Assembly: GCA_905178155.1 (NCBI GenBank)
Contig: CAJINV010000001.1
Location: 15,314,142-15,378,141 of the forward strand
Direction of reading: 5' to 3'
Source of the DNA: Amoebophrya sp. A120
Lineage: Eukaryota; Protista; Dinoflagellata
DNA: 64,000 nucleotides
Each line of letters opens with the position of its first letter. Position 1 is the stretch's first letter. Shown here piece after piece: positions 1 to 13,270 of the stretch. A model generated the notes under the pieces. It did no database searches and was not told the DNA's origin. It worked only from the letters and a program-made list of their open reading frames with translations. Both the position numbers and the translations under genes were made by a program.

Positions 1-953
1 CTGGCAGCAGAGACAGGATTCGGAAATTTGTTTTCGTCGCAAAAAGACGCATTTCTTTGAGAAATGCTTGTTTTCATAAGCGTTTCTCTGGAGAAAGCAC
101 TGGCTCCACCTGCATAATCGTACGTGGCTTCTGTTGCTGTAGTGATGGCTTAGTCGTGGCGCAGCAATCATGCAGGCATTGTCCTTGCAGCGGGCTCACG
201 GGCTCAGGAGTCAGTAGTTGCAGAAGTTGCGCCATCAAGTCGATCTTTTATCAGTTTTTTGACTCGTAGTTGCCAGATCGTTTCATTTGCCTTACCGGAT
301 CCCCGCTGCTTCCTACTGAGTGGACGTGGAGCTCCCGTGCTGGTGAACAAGATGCTTCTCTAATACAACCGATCCGGAATCATGATTATGATGTTGCAAT
401 TGACTTCATTTTTTTTCTGATCCTGCGCCTGCCGAATTCGATCGCGTTCGCGTAGCCAGAGCCACACTCACTTTAGTGGCACATATCGAAGTTAGGCAGA
501 TGGACTTTTTAAAGCTGATCGCGTTTGCGGCGGAGCAAAACAAACATCTTCAGACGTTTTATGGTTACCACTTTTTTCCGTCTTTGCAGCAGGCTCTTGC
601 ATCTTTCCTTTCCTCAGCTGCAGATGGCCATAGATCTTTCTTTCTGCATTTGCATAGACTTATTCTGCTTGCATTCATCCTTTTTTTTTCGAGAATCAAT
701 TGTAATAGATATTCCTTTCAAGTTAGAACTTTCACTTTCTATGCAACTACAACATGATAATTCGCACTAGTAGCAAGAAACCATTTGTTTCTTGATATGA
801 ACTTTTAAGTCAAGATCGCAAGGCAAAAATGAGTTCCGTTATAGCTTTAGTAGTCAAGTATAAGTAGTAGATAGTTTTGTTTACTTCAAAATGCAATACT
901 GATGTTTTTCGATGAACTTTTAAGTTGGCGAAATTAAAGAAGCCTCGCCCACC

Positions 954-3728
954 ATGAAAGCATCTTGTGGAATAGCGGCTCAACATGGTGCGCGCTTCCG
1001 CTTGCCTATTTTTTGGTACTACTGTCTCTCCTTCGCGGCATTTGGATTTCTGGCCAGCGACATGGCGGAGGCGGTCAAGGTACGCTCCTTTCTGTCAGAC
1101 CCCGATACACTCCCACTGCAGGAAGTACGGACGGCGCAAATCAGAACACCGCCTCTAGTTTCAGTGCCAAAGGAATTTGAACTGCTTCCCGATGAGTCGT
1201 GGAATTGGAAGACGGGACTATCGAAGCAAAAGGAGCTGGCGACTCAGCACTGGGTCGCGGGACTTTCGATGCCCGACCACATCGGGATACGCTTTTTACA
1301 GGATGTTGCGCGCGGCCCGGACGGTATCGCCGACTTTCGCACCGCAGCCTGGCACGGCTTTGCAGGTTGTGTCCCCGTTGGGGTGCTTGCAGCGCGGGAG
1401 CGCGCAGAATTCTATGTGGAACTGTGGCAAGCAGTAGCATTCGCAGAGCAGCTTTGGACAGAAGAGCAGTCCCGTCGTCAGACGTTCGTCACACGACAGG
1501 AACAGATGATGCGTATTACCCGTAGCAGACGACCAGGGAGCGGGACCGGTAGGAGAGGTGGATCTCCACCCGGCCTCTACACGACCAGGGGACGCATTTT
1601 CTGCCACCAGTGTGGCAGAGATCGAGATTGTGAGAAGATGAAGCAAATCAAGCAAGTAGGAGCATTGTCTGCGAGCTGCGCCCGGTCACTTCCAAGAACG
1701 ACAAAAAAGGCGAAAAGTTCAATATCTATTCCAGGGATTACATCAAAACGGAACCATGCGACTTCGAAGAAGCCGCTTTCCGCGGAGCGGCTGCACCGGC
1801 TGACCCACCACCGATGGGTGCAATACACTGCCGCGAGCGACCCGGATTCGGTCGACGGTGGATCAGCGCTTCATCTGCTTGAGCCAGGGCAAGCGTTTGT
1901 GGCAGAATTCGACAACGTCACTGCGGAGACTGTTGATCTTGCGAAAAAGTTGCTGGCCTGCCTCTGGGAAAACTACTTTCTCGAACAGGATCCCGGGGCG
2001 CGCGAGTACTGGTGGATTTGGCTTTCCGCGCGCAACTGGGCAGTGCTCGCTCAAATCGACCCCGACCTCCTAAAATTCCGGCTGCCGCTTCTGCTGCAAA
2101 AGGAAGGCGATAAGGAGAAGAGAAAAGCGATTATAACGAGGTTGCAGAATATCGTCCTGGACTCACGGGCAGACGCGGTACTGGACTTTAGTACCGATGA
2201 AGAAGTAGAGGATGATGAAGCCGACGACCTGGGCCATCTGTTTGCTAGAGGCTTGCAAGATGCACTCCTCCATTCCAACACTGACCGCGGTGGAGCGAGT
2301 CCGACTTTCACTGCCAGCACGCGGAGCACTTTAATCACAGAACAAGGACTCGACAGAAGCTACTTCGCCACTCTTAGTGACGTAGGAAGTAGCTCCGACC
2401 CTATTAGCGAGAGCGAGCAATCACCCGCAGCGATGACGGAAGGATTTCCTCATGCACCGACCAATGCGGTGGAAGGCGATGGCGAAGCAGAAAACCTGGG
2501 CGGCGCCCCTCTGACTAGGAGTACATCTGCGCCCCCGCCGCCCTCTATGATTCGGCGGGATGCGATGCGTGCGCTGTGCGTCGCGTTTGACCAACCGATA
2601 GGTTTTGAGCGCCTCGTCGGGAAACAATTGAAAACAAGCGGAAACAACGCCGAAGTCTTCGGCACGGAACCAATTTACAACACGGTACGGTCGCACCTGT
2701 TCGCCGGCGATGTGTTGGAGCAGCGACGGCTGCTCGATTTTGTGCAGAACCAGCTGCAACAGGACTGCGACGCTGACCACGGTGTTTTTGTTCTGGCGTT
2801 GCAACAACTTTCCCACCTAACGGACATTTTTCACGACCTCCCACAGGAAGTAGATAAAAAATGCGCTGGTTGTTGTACAAGAGGAAATAGCGGTCAAGAG
2901 CACGATGCAGCGATTCACTTTCTCGAGAGCTTGCTTCTGCAGTTGCTGAGTCTAGGACAGACGAAAATCGACCCGCACGAACACGCTGACACTGAGGACG
3001 GCACGACTTGCGGAAACCGTTTGAAATCACTCTTCCAACTCGGTGCTCGTCGGGCGATCTATTCCCGAAGTTTTCATCACAACCCCGAGTTTGCGACGCT
3101 TGTTGCCCTTTTGGCGCTGACTTCGCACGAAAGCATCGCACGTACTCTGGGCGGCGGCGCCGAGATTCAGCTCGTGCGGTTGCTGTTTAGCGGGGCCTTG
3201 CGGGGGGTAGCAGTAGCACGGGAAATAACGATGAACAAATCTGGGTCCTTGTCGCGTGACTTGCAGAACATGGAGGTTGATTTGACGCCAACAATGCCCT
3301 TCCGTGCTGAAACTGTTTTGCGAGACTTTTTGTACTACGCATTCGTGGGAGAAAGTCGGACAAGTCTGCGAACAGACAAAAGAATCTTCCTCGAGGCGTT
3401 CGATACGGTGGTGAAGGAAATCCACGTACTGCCCGGCATTTCCGACAAATGGCCAATGCCGCAAATGTCGGAGACAGAGGTCGTTGTGGCGCTGCGAAAC
3501 ATCGCACTGGAAACGTATCCAGAGGTACTCGGCAAACTGAGGCTCTTCGACGAGACGTTTATTGCCGAACCACGGATGTTGAGACCAGTAGAAGAAATAC
3601 CGCAAGAACGCTTGAGACAAATCAGTAGAAATACCTCCCCGACGAGCAGTCAAGTAGAATCTTCCAGCCTTTCCTACTGCTCAACGGGCCGGGGTCAACG
3701 CCCCTTGAGGACATATCATGCGATCTGA
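954..3728 (+). CDS. Hypothetical protein, 924 aa, single exon, hydrophobic N-terminal segment
   Basis: Long uninterrupted ORF from ATG; no family recognised. Confidence 0.7.
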   Translation: MKASCGIAAQHGARFRLPIFWYYCLSFAAFGFLASDMAEAVKVRSFLSDPDTLPLQEVRTAQIRTPPLVSVPKEFELLPDESWNWKTGLSKQKELATQHWVAGLSMPDHIGIRFLQDVARGPDGIADFRTAAWHGFAGCVPVGVLAARERAEFYVELWQAVAFAEQLWTEEQSRRQTFVTRQEQMMRITRSRRPGSGTGRRGGSPPGLYTTRGRIFCHQCGRDRDCEKMKQIKQVGALSASCARSLPRTTKKAKSSISIPGITSKRNHATSKKPLSAERLHRLTHHRWVQYTAASDPDSVDGGSALHLLEPGQAFVAEFDNVTAETVDLAKKLLACLWENYFLEQDPGAREYWWIWLSARNWAVLAQIDPDLLKFRLPLLLQKEGDKEKRKAIITRLQNIVLDSRADAVLDFSTDEEVEDDEADDLGHLFARGLQDALLHSNTDRGGASPTFTASTRSTLITEQGLDRSYFATLSDVGSSSDPISESEQSPAAMTEGFPHAPTNAVEGDGEAENLGGAPLTRSTSAPPPPSMIRRDAMRALCVAFDQPIGFERLVGKQLKTSGNNAEVFGTEPIYNTVRSHLFAGDVLEQRRLLDFVQNQLQQDCDADHGVFVLALQQLSHLTDIFHDLPQEVDKKCAGCCTRGNSGQEHDAAIHFLESLLLQLLSLGQTKIDPHEHADTEDGTTCGNRLKSLFQLGARRAIYSRSFHHNPEFATLVALLALTSHESIARTLGGGAEIQLVRLLFSGALRGVAVAREITMNKSGSLSRDLQNMEVDLTPTMPFRAETVLRDFLYYAFVGESRTSLRTDKRIFLEAFDTVVKEIHVLPGISDKWPMPQMSETEVVVALRNIALETYPEVLGKLRLFDETFIAEPRMLRPVEEIPQERLRQISRNTSPTSSQVESSSLSYCSTGRGQRPLRTYHAI

Positions 3729-4448
3729 ACGAGGTAGAAGCTGTTGTTTCCGACTGGATAGAAGAGAGTCCACTTTCATCTACGATGCATTTTTGGTTAC
3801 GTTGATCATGATCTTGATCATTTGAAGAGATTCGCACGCGTAGAACTCGTCGCGCACCATTTTAGTTCTCATATATTTCATCATATGTATAAAATCTTTT
3901 GGTATTCCTCTTCTTCAGCATGGAGCCCCCATGATACCTCTTGTAGATGACCAACAGAAGAATAGTACTTAGAGGTGTATTCCTCCACGAGGTGTGTGGC
4001 ATTTTTTCCACGACCTGCGCAGCCCAGCACGTGGAAGCTCTCATTTGACGCCACTCGAGCTCGACCGAAGACCAAAATTTGCCCGTAGCTTTTGAAGAAA
4101 TGCGCATTGACGCTACAAGATGAACGATGACCGCTGAAGATTCACCACGCGGATGAATTTCCTTTATTTTTCATGGAATCTGATTGTGTCTTTATCTTCT
4201 CGTAAACAAAAGTACCAGCTGGAGGACAGAAGGAATATTAGGACATCACTTTCTTGGTTCGGTTTCTTTGAGAACCCCGAGTATTTGTGGATCGGTATAA
4301 TCCGTTGCTACCGCTCAATTAAAGAAAAGAAACGTTTTCCTATCCTGTGACCCTGCATGAAGTCATTTTGAATAAAGGCTCGCTCCCCCGGTAAGTGACC
4401 CTACAGCGACAGGCAGCGTTGATCCGCGTTCGCTTTGCTGACCACGCC

Positions 4449-7412
4449 ATGGTGTCGCCGGGCTCGAGCCTCATGCGTCTCCTCAGAAGATGGAGCCGGT
4501 CGTGCACTTTTCTGCTTCACAGCGTACTGTTACCGCTTCGTCAGGTTTCGTTCTCCGAGGGCGCAGTGCGGATGGAGAGAATATTTCCCTACGAAAACAA
4601 TCCACCGGCGGCTTTGGACGTCGGCGCCATACTGAATGCTTTACCACTAGAAACCACATCTGCCCTCGACACCGCAGCCCAGGAGCTCGCACGGGGGATC
4701 GCAGCTGTGTTTTTCAACGGGACCGGTTTAGAAGTGGTTTGGGAGGACGCAGACGATGTTTCCTCGACAACCGGTCAAAGCGGCCTAAAAGTTCCGCGAT
4801 TCCGCTACGCGGAAATAGAAGAAGGAGGGGACCAAGTGGGAGTGGCGACACAAGCAGATGGAGGACCTGGCGCAGTAGAAGAGCCAAGAGAGCGAAGTAG
4901 TGCACAAAATAGCACTGTTGTAACAACTTCTCAAGCTGCTGCAGGTGCAGGAGCTCCAGCTGTAAAAATACCAGAAGCCGCATCAGGATCATCCAAAGCT
5001 GACGCTGAGACGAGGAGACCAGAAGAATCCTCGGGAACCTTCGCTAGTCTATCGAAGAGCGTTTTCGGGTGGTTTACGGATTCCACGAAAGACGAAAGCA
5101 CTGCTACGCCCAGCGAAGGGGCCGTCACAACTTCTGCAGGTCGTGGGACTTCTGCTCCTGAAGACACAAAGCCTGCACCAGACCTTGGTGCTGGCGATCA
5201 TGTAGATGCACCCAGGTTAGCAGCAGGCGCGTCTTCAGCTGAAGTGGCGCCAGTACAACCTTCCACGCAAGTAGAGCAGAAAACCTCTTCAGATCCTGGC
5301 GTGCCGCAGACGAAAAAGAAGGAGAAGCTTCGGTACCCGAAGGAGTATTTGAACTTCTGCATCCTCGGCATCGGGAAGGGCAGCATCCCGCTGCTCACCC
5401 GGTACTTCGAATTCTTCCCGCAGATTTCGTTCTGGGTTTTCGTGCAGGAACTTGACTGGGACCTGTGGGACTCGCTCGTTGCGCACTTCCCGAAACGAAA
5501 AATAAACGTGGAATACGACGACCGGATACCGCGGCTGAAGCCCCGGTGCCACATTCTCGCCTTTGGCATGGACTCGGTCGAGTTCACGATCAGCAAGGTG
5601 TCGCGGTTTCTGTTCACCAAGACCGACCAAATGCTCCTGGTGTGGCAGACGCACGGCTGCGGCAAGCCGGGGGCTCTGGAGTGGAACCCGGAGTGCGCCT
5701 ACTTGCACTCCCAGTGGACCAGCACGCTCTGCGGACGGCAAGCCGACCTCGACCTGACCCCAGAGCAGGCACAAATGCTGCGAGAAACACGGTATGGCGC
5801 CTTGGAAGGCCGGGGCTTCGCCGACTGCACCGTGGGACAGCGGCTCGGCGACCGCCCGAATTCCTGGGCGGTGCGGAAACGGCGGGAGGCCGGGGAAGTG
5901 ATTTCAGAGGACGAGTTTGAAAACGCGAACCCGCTAACCGCCGGAAAACCGCTTTGTCTCTGTCTGGTCGACCGTCTGTGGATGAGCGACTTGTACTACG
6001 AAAAGCCGATCTGCGAGGAGTTTGAGCAGCGGAAGCTGCCCCCGGGCCGGCGGATCTACGCACGGCACACTGAGAATTGGTACGACCCCCTGAAGGATTT
6101 TTTTTTCGGCTACGGACAGTGGAGCCAGGACTGGTTTCTGTACAACAACTTTTTCCGGCACAAGAAGAAGGGCTTTTTCGTCGATATCGGCGCGATGGCG
6201 CCCTTCGAGTTGTCTAACACCGCCGTGTTCGAGCAGTGCTTCGACTGGGAGGGGCTCTGCGTCGAGCCGAATCCGAGCCAGCATCTGGTCATGCTAGGGT
6301 ACCTACGCACTGCAAATTATACGTGGGCTGAGTCTGGAAGCAGTGTGCGAGTGAGTGGTGCTCGTTCCGGTAGACAACGCTATAAAAGGCTATCTTGTAT
6401 GAGAAGAAAAATTTATTTTGTGTTGCCCAGTTCTCGGGATGCATAGTGTGGATTGCTCATTGTCCAGGATAAGCAGCGCAGTTGCGAAGCAGAGGCCTCG
6501 CCAAAATGTACGATGCTGCTGGACCATACATAGTCGTGGCAAGAGACGATGTGGGCCAAAGTAAAACTGTTCCAGAGCCAGAAAAATTTCCAATTGACAG
6601 CCTCGGCCGAAGTGCCGGCTTGTCCCCTTCTGCCTCGGCGACAGCACGGGGAAGCGGAAAACATTTGCGTTGCAGGAGGGCTCGTATGGTACTGGACAAC
6701 TCGTTTCGCTTCCCCTCTGTTGGCATGCAAAGTGCAGCTGAATCCTTTTACTTTTTTTGTAGTTGCTGCATGACATCTTCAAGGAAAGAACCCAGGTTTA
6801 GCAACCCTAAGTGGTCGAGAACAAGCAGGATTTTTAAAAGTCTGTTTGTTCCGTGAGATGACAGTTTCAGTTGTCCACTTGCATAGCTCGACCGGACACG
6901 CACGGGTCGCAGAAGACGCCCCCGTAGCAGAAACGAAGGAGGAAACGCAGAAAGCAATCCAGGACTGGCTGCGCGGCACCGATCACCTGGACACGTTTCA
7001 GTCCGAATGCATCTCGTTGGAGGACATGCTGCGCTACAGCGGGGTCACGTGGAAAACCCCGATCGATTTCGTCTCCATCGACATTGAGGGGGGCGAGTTC
7101 GAGATTTTGAAGAATTTTCCCTTCGACAAGTTCACCATCCACGCCTTTTTGATCGAGGCCGGGCACGACTCGGCGCAGCGCATCGACATTCTGTTGCTCG
7201 GAGCGAAGTACGTGAAAATGGCAGTTGTGGGGAAGGATCAAGTGTACGTGCACCAGGAGTATCTACACACCCTCACCGGAAACTACCTGCTTGGGGAAAC
7301 TGACATGAACCCGTACGAGCTGGTGTACCCCCCGTACATCAACATCGACCCGTACAACGACACATTTGACGTTTTCCAGCGACGCTTCCTAGACTCGGAA
7401 TTCGGGAAATAG
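4449..7412 (+). CDS. FkbM-family (Methyltransf_21) SAM methyltransferase; probable exons 4449-~6302, 6601-~6684, ~6887-7412
   Basis: Motifs GFFVDIGA..SNT..FE...WEGLCVEPN and IDFVSIDIEGGEFEIL..FPF; hidden middle exon 6601-6684 reads PRPKCRLVPFCLGDSTGKRKTFALQEGS and joins ORF 6846-7412 in frame; start codon and first donor uncertain. Confidence 0.8.
6685..6885. mobile_element. Introner (singleton family), 201 bp
   Basis: TSD GCTCG (6680-84/6886-90); ends TATGgtacTGGACAACT / AGTTGTCCActtgCATA; removal restores frame; GT-AG if one TSD base is included each side. Confidence 0.85.
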
Positions 7413-7900
7413 AAGACTGAAAGAACGCAGTTGTAATTGTAAAGCTGCTGCATTTCATATATCTTCTCACAACGAAAAGCGCTGACTATTTGTAGGGTCA
7501 GGCAACGCGACTCTCACTCTCAGCCTACGCGATTCACACTGCGACTGCGTTCGTGGTGCCCTCTCCCGTTCTCCGGTCTTTGTGAAAACAAGATCGGTCG
7601 AAGTAAAATGTCGGTTGATGAGTGGGCTGTCGCGCGTGTTGTACTCGGATCTTTTAAGGAGCTGTCGTGAAATTCTTCGCGAGATTTGATGATCAGCATT
7701 TTTAAGATCAAAGTGGATGCACGATTATAAATATATCGTGTGCGGTGCTGGTTCCACTAGTGTTCGAATCAATGTGCTGATCTGATGTCTTGTAGAGCAT
7801 TTCAGATTTCATTTTCAACCACCTTTTTACTTTGCTAGCTTCTTTTCGTCAAAAGAAACGAAGAGTACCATCATCAGTTCCCCTATGGCCTTTCTCGAAG

Positions 7901-10810
7901 ATGATGCAGGGTCCCATCGAGCGGCGTTGCCATATCACTTGTCGTCGACCGATTTGGTTCCGTTACCGCGCGCCTGATTTCGCCATTCCCACCCAAGGCA
8001 CGACTTTTCTCAACTGCACTTCTGGCGGGAGCAGCAGCAGTGGTTGCAGCAGAGTCAAGAACATCGTCGCAAAACCCCGAGACGTGGCGGGTGCTTATCG
8101 ACAGTTCGCTTCCAAGCCGGTCACGGTCGCCAGTAACAGCAAGGCAGCTTCCTACGAGAAAAATTCCCTTTTTCTGCGGAAGCTAGCGGAGAAGACACTG
8201 CTCGGAGAAGAGCAAAGTCGTGCGGTCGCTCGGCAGCGCACGAATTTGTTCACGAATGAAAACACCGAGACAAAAGCCGGTCGGCGCAGCAAGCAATGGA
8301 AGCAAGCGATGGAGAAATTTGGCGAGGACTGGGGGAAACTGAGCCAATCGGAAAAGCGTGCGGTCGAGAAGGGAAAGGTATTGGAGCACAGTTTTACCGA
8401 GAAATACACACCGCCGCCGAGAAAAGCGTCCGACCCCCTGTTTCCAGACTACGACGCAGTCGTTGCCCGGCAGAAGCGGTTGGATCTCAAAGCACAGCAG
8501 GCCATGCTAAAAAGGACGAGTAATCTTCCGTCGGTGTCTGGTGCGACATCAAACCGGCACGGTGGTATTCTGGGTTCTACAGCGCGGGAACAAAATTTTT
8601 CAGAAAATTTTGGGCGGCAGCCGGATCGGTACCTGCAAACAGACACAACAAACACGACGGAAGAGGCATCAAAGGAGCTGGACAAGTTTCTGATTTCCGT
8701 TCCCCATGGTCTGGAGCCGCTGTTGGAGGAGGAACTATGAACTGCAAAAGTGTCGTACTAGTATAAATCGCAATACAAACTGGCTCAGCATTACAAATTG
8801 AATTTGTAATGCGGATTTAAGTACCTAATCCTAAGCCGATGCCTAACCATTTAGATTTGTAATGCATAACTCGGATTACTACGAGTATGATGCTTTTGCA
8901 CAGGATAGGAACTGTATGAGAGCATTTTTCCGCACACGCCCGGCACCATCACGCACATGGGTAAGGGGTTGGTTTTCGTGCAAGGGCGCTGCGAATTGCT
9001 CTGGAATCTCGCGATCACCGCCAGATTCGTGGATCACGTCCGCGTGCTCTTCGCGCCCATACTTGCTTTCGGTGAGGCGGAGTTGATGCGCGGCGTAAAG
9101 GGCATGGAAGCGGACTGGGGGCGGTTCCTGCCGCCGCATTTTCGAGAGGAAGGGCAGAACGAACAAGAAAACCAGGAATTATTATCCGGGCAGATGAAAA
9201 TGAAGCCAAATAGAGAAGAGGACAAATCTACTCGTCTCGGTGCTGAAACGAATGTTGACCACTTGCAGATACAGGTCGTGGCAAAGTGCGACGAAAAGTC
9301 GCGACTCAAGGACGTGCGCCTGGTATCTGACCTAGTGGCGCGCTCGCTGCCTGTCCGTCGGGTAGACGTGGCGACGATCCGCAGAAGGGTTCTGGAAGGA
9401 GAGGAGAAAACTTCGGAGACATCAGCAGAAGATGAGGCAAATCAGGAAGAAAACAAGCCGGAGGCGAAGCGAAGAAAGGCCGCGGAACGCGACCTGCAAT
9501 TGTACGACCGATTTCAGCGCCACACGAGCCCCGACAAAGACGTGACGCAGATAAAAGTAGAGATGCGCCACAACAAGGCGCATCTGAGCGTGTACGCGGC
9601 CGCACGCCCGCGATTAGGTTGCGCGAAGCCCTGCGAGCGGCTGCCACCCCCGGTGGCTTCCGCTTGCATTGTCAAATGCGTGCGCGCGATGGACTACTAC
9701 AGAGGTCCCACGGAACTACCTTTGGAAAGCAGTGGTTTTGCACGGGAGACTCTCGGCGACCAAGAGCCTGCGTTCGCCTCTGGATGCCGCAGCGTGACTG
9801 GAAAGGCAGCTAAAGACATGTGCCCTCCGACACGGATCCTTTGGGATCCTTTTTGCTCCGACGGGGGGTTACTACTAGAGGCACTGAGCGTTTTGCAAGA
9901 GACACCGCCAGGAAGTCCAAATTTGAACTATCCAATGCTCCGCTTTCCTTCGCACGACGAGCAGAAGTTCCAAGAGTTTCAACGGGATTTGTGCGACCGC
10001 ATCGGTTTTGATCCGGAGCTCTCGAGGCCGCTGCGAAGTCTGGCGTTAGTTGGCAGCCACGAGCGCGGAGTAGCCACCGCAATCGACAATTTCCACGGCT
10101 ACCTGAAGCGCATGCCCCGCACCGATGTGGTGGCAGAAAAGCCGAATCCGTTTCTCGGCGCTACTTTCTTGGGCGAAGTAACGACGAGCAGTTTCAGTCC
10201 TGATCTGCGAGACGGCGATCCAGGGGAAAATGCGGAGCTTCCTGTGAGTGCTTACAGTAGTAAAGATTTCCCCGACGGCGCCGGGGGAAAGGAGCGGGAC
10301 GGCACATTATCTGGTGGTCGAAAGCTCTCGCGACGAAGAGCAGCCCCTTCACTCGTCGGAGGGATGAAGGCAAGATCTCGAGCGACGCAGCTGCGACAAG
10401 CGGTGCAGCCACTGCACAGTGTGAGCTTCTACAAAGGAAAATGCTCCGTTGAGTTCGCGGAGGAGCTGTTCTCACAAAAATTTCAAGTTCCTGCCCTCTC
10501 ATCGTCAGATGCCGCGGAAAGGCATGTCGAAATTCCCGCGCGCAGCAGAACACTTGTTCCACCACAGGTAACGCTGTTGACGCATCTACCTTCTGGACCG
10601 GGCGTTTCTTCCCGCTATGCGCTGTGGGCGGCAAGTGCAGTGACGAAAATTCTGAAGAAGTGCTCGTTTGTCACGGATGCTTTTTGCCTCACTGCGCGCG
10701 GAGATTTGCAACGCGCGTCTTCGGCCAATCTCGATTGGCGTGTGCAGTTGCGGGCACAAAATAACGAAAATGGATCGGATTTGCAATTGTTGCGGTGGCA
10801 GCGCGCATGA
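7901..10810 (+). CDS. RlmL/THUMP-like RNA methyltransferase-like protein, possibly mitochondrial; one introner intron
   Basis: FLISVPHGLEPLLEEEL resembles the RlmL N-terminus and LWDPFCSDGGLLLEAL resembles DPMCGSGT motif I; ORFs 7832-8740 and 8957-10810 join in frame on removing 8736-8907. Confidence 0.65.
8736..8907. mobile_element. Introner family A, 172 bp
   Basis: TSD GGAAC; TAT..TGCAAAAGTGTCGTACT / AGTATGATGCTTTTGCACAGGATA. Confidence 0.9.
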
Positions 10811-11281
10811 CGATATCATGGGAATATGAATTGATGATAATTTAAATTTTCTCGACGAAGTCAAAGCTGAATATTCAGAAAAAGAGGGGCAGAAAGATTG
10901 ATTAAGATTATTCATTGCAGTGTTCTCTCTGGTTCTTTAGAGTCTTCTTTGAAATTGAAGACTTCTGCAGATGAGAGGAATGAAGTAGAGTAGAGCTTCA
11001 CTGACAAACGTCTGCGATGATACAAAAAGAGTTGGCGACAAAATGTTTGAGAGGGTAGCAGAAATCAATAGAATAAAAGATGTCTACTATCTACTGAGCT
11101 CGGTCATTGTTTGAAGACACGGTGCTCGTTTTGGTTGACGTTTTTCACAAAGTAGCACAAATGATGGTGCCTTCCTGCTCCTGTAGTACTTTTTTTTTGG
11201 AGTCTGCATTCGTTTTAGTCTGCCGCTGCCCACCACGCACTTTCTGAGCGCAAGAATTGTCTCTGTGAGGAATCAGAAGCT

Positions 11282-12423
11282 ATGTCCTCTGGTGGATCGT
11301 CGTGTGCCCCGCCCTCGAGTTCTGCTACAGCAGCCTCAGGGGTCGCCAATAATGCACTGGCACAGCGACCGGGCGGTATCTGTGCTGCCGAGTGCAAATT
11401 CGTTTACGGTACGGGGAGTTACAGATTTGTACTGCAGAAGGACTCGATCGCGAGGAGTTCCAGCAGCACCCTGTCTTCTTTGTCCGCGCCCGCAGATCAT
11501 GCAGTAACGGACACAGAGGAAGCGACACCACCGGGCGCCGTAAGAATCACCGGCACAGTGGTTGTGGGTTCGAATGGGACAACGTGCGTCATTACCAACG
11601 GAGTTCTCTCCGCGTTGGAGCTTCGGTACCGGTTGGACTGTTTGAGCACCGGCTGCCCCCTTTGGCAAGTCGAAGCTTCCCGCTGCAGTTTAGTGGAGTA
11701 CTCTGGAGAATATTTTTCCCTAAGAACGAGGAGCCAGCAGGACGGCAAGGGGGCGCCGTGCTCAGTGCTCTTCACTGGAGTAGATGGCGCCCGGTCTTTA
11801 ATTGGCCGGGACGGGCCAGACGCAGTTGCGGAGCGGAGCGGCGTGAACAAGAGGCCGGCGGGTATCACTGCTAAGAGGGCCGACGCCTACTTTGGTTATT
11901 TATTTTCATGTGAGGGTCTAGGATACCTACATAGTTCTCGCCGTCCAACCCATCTAATCTTGCAAGAGGAAGCGAGAAGACCTCACTCCGAACTGCATCA
12001 ATGGAGGAAAAGGAACCTGTTTGAAAGGTTGTACTCAAGGTAAGAAACTGAAAAAAAGCACGAAGTGAACATATCTTATCTACAGGCGATATCAGCTGCG
12101 GTGCCGGTGCGCGGTTGGCTGAACTGTTTCTGACGTCTGCACGCAAGGAATCAATGCGTCAATTCTTGACGATGCGGGAGTATGACGAGGAGCGCAAGGG
12201 CTATCTGAGCCTGAAGAGGGGCGGGGTTCCGAAAGTAGTGGAGATCCTCGAGGACAAGCTGCCCGCGATAGTGGAAAAAGAGAAGGAGCACACTCGTCCC
12301 AACGCCGGCAAGGAGTTATGGGTGTACCGCCTGACCCGATGGGGCGAAATATTGAAGAAGGAGGTAGAGAGGGAACAGGCGGAGGCCGAAAACTCTGCCA
12401 AGCGGGCCAGGTCCGGGCGCTAG
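11282..12423 (+). CDS. Hypothetical protein, paralog of 13271-14297; GT-AG intron 11895-12085
   Basis: Splice gives ..DAYF|GDISCG.. in frame with ORF 12115-12423; N- and C-terminal similarity to the next gene. Confidence 0.7.
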
Positions 12424-13270
12424 CGATGCTGGAAGGGCAGAGCGAAGTAGAGCCTTTAGCTCAACACGCGCGCACACGTCTCCAGAAAACGAAAACCTAC
12501 CGCAGTCATCTTTTCACTTTTGTAAGGTACTTATAGGATACTGCCTTGTCCTCACTAAATGCATTTTTCTTACAATAGAAGGGGCATTGATACAAGGCTA
12601 GCACTCTTCTAAATTTTTCTGCTAAAAGCGCTGACATTTATTCCGCTAAATCAAGCACCGTTTTTCGTTGTTAACCGACACCAAAGCTGCAAGAAAACTG
12701 TGAAGAGGATAAAGAGCTTTTCTCTGTGGGGGAGACAAACACAATATTTTGCCATAACATAAATCATTTCATTTCATGAAGGATGGACATGAAACATGTT
12801 CCGCTTCATCAAAGCATGAGCAAAGCGGAAAGGGCATCGATTTGGCCGCGATTCAAAGACACCAGTCTCGTGTTCGAGGAAGTAGTGCGTGTGCGCTCAT
12901 TTTTTTCTTCCCGAGGAAAATTTGCCGAATGGCTAAACCAGCGTGTTGCTCACAATAAACTAGAACTTGATTTCTTAGGGAAATAAACACACGATTATAC
13001 GAGCGACTGCGAAAAGGAAAAGCTTTCGATTATTCAACATAGACCTTTCTACTTCTCCTGTACGGCACTGCCATCATGTCATCTCTACTCTAACTATCTC
13101 TCTTTTTGGATTGCAAGTTGAAGTGCAAAACGCAAACCACACGTTTTCCCGAGAACTCACTGTCACTTTCTGCCATCCCTCGTCCTCTTCTTTGTTTTAT
13201 ATCGACCTGCACCTGAAGCTGAATCGTCCTCGCCCTCGCGTCCTTGTTCGGCTTCACGGTGGAAAAGGAA

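Noticed and set aside
4083-4096. CCGTAGCTTTTG and minus-strand TGGCTCAAG (~30302) as dinoflagellate spliced-leader relics
   Set aside because: Matches too short or in the wrong orientation to exceed chance
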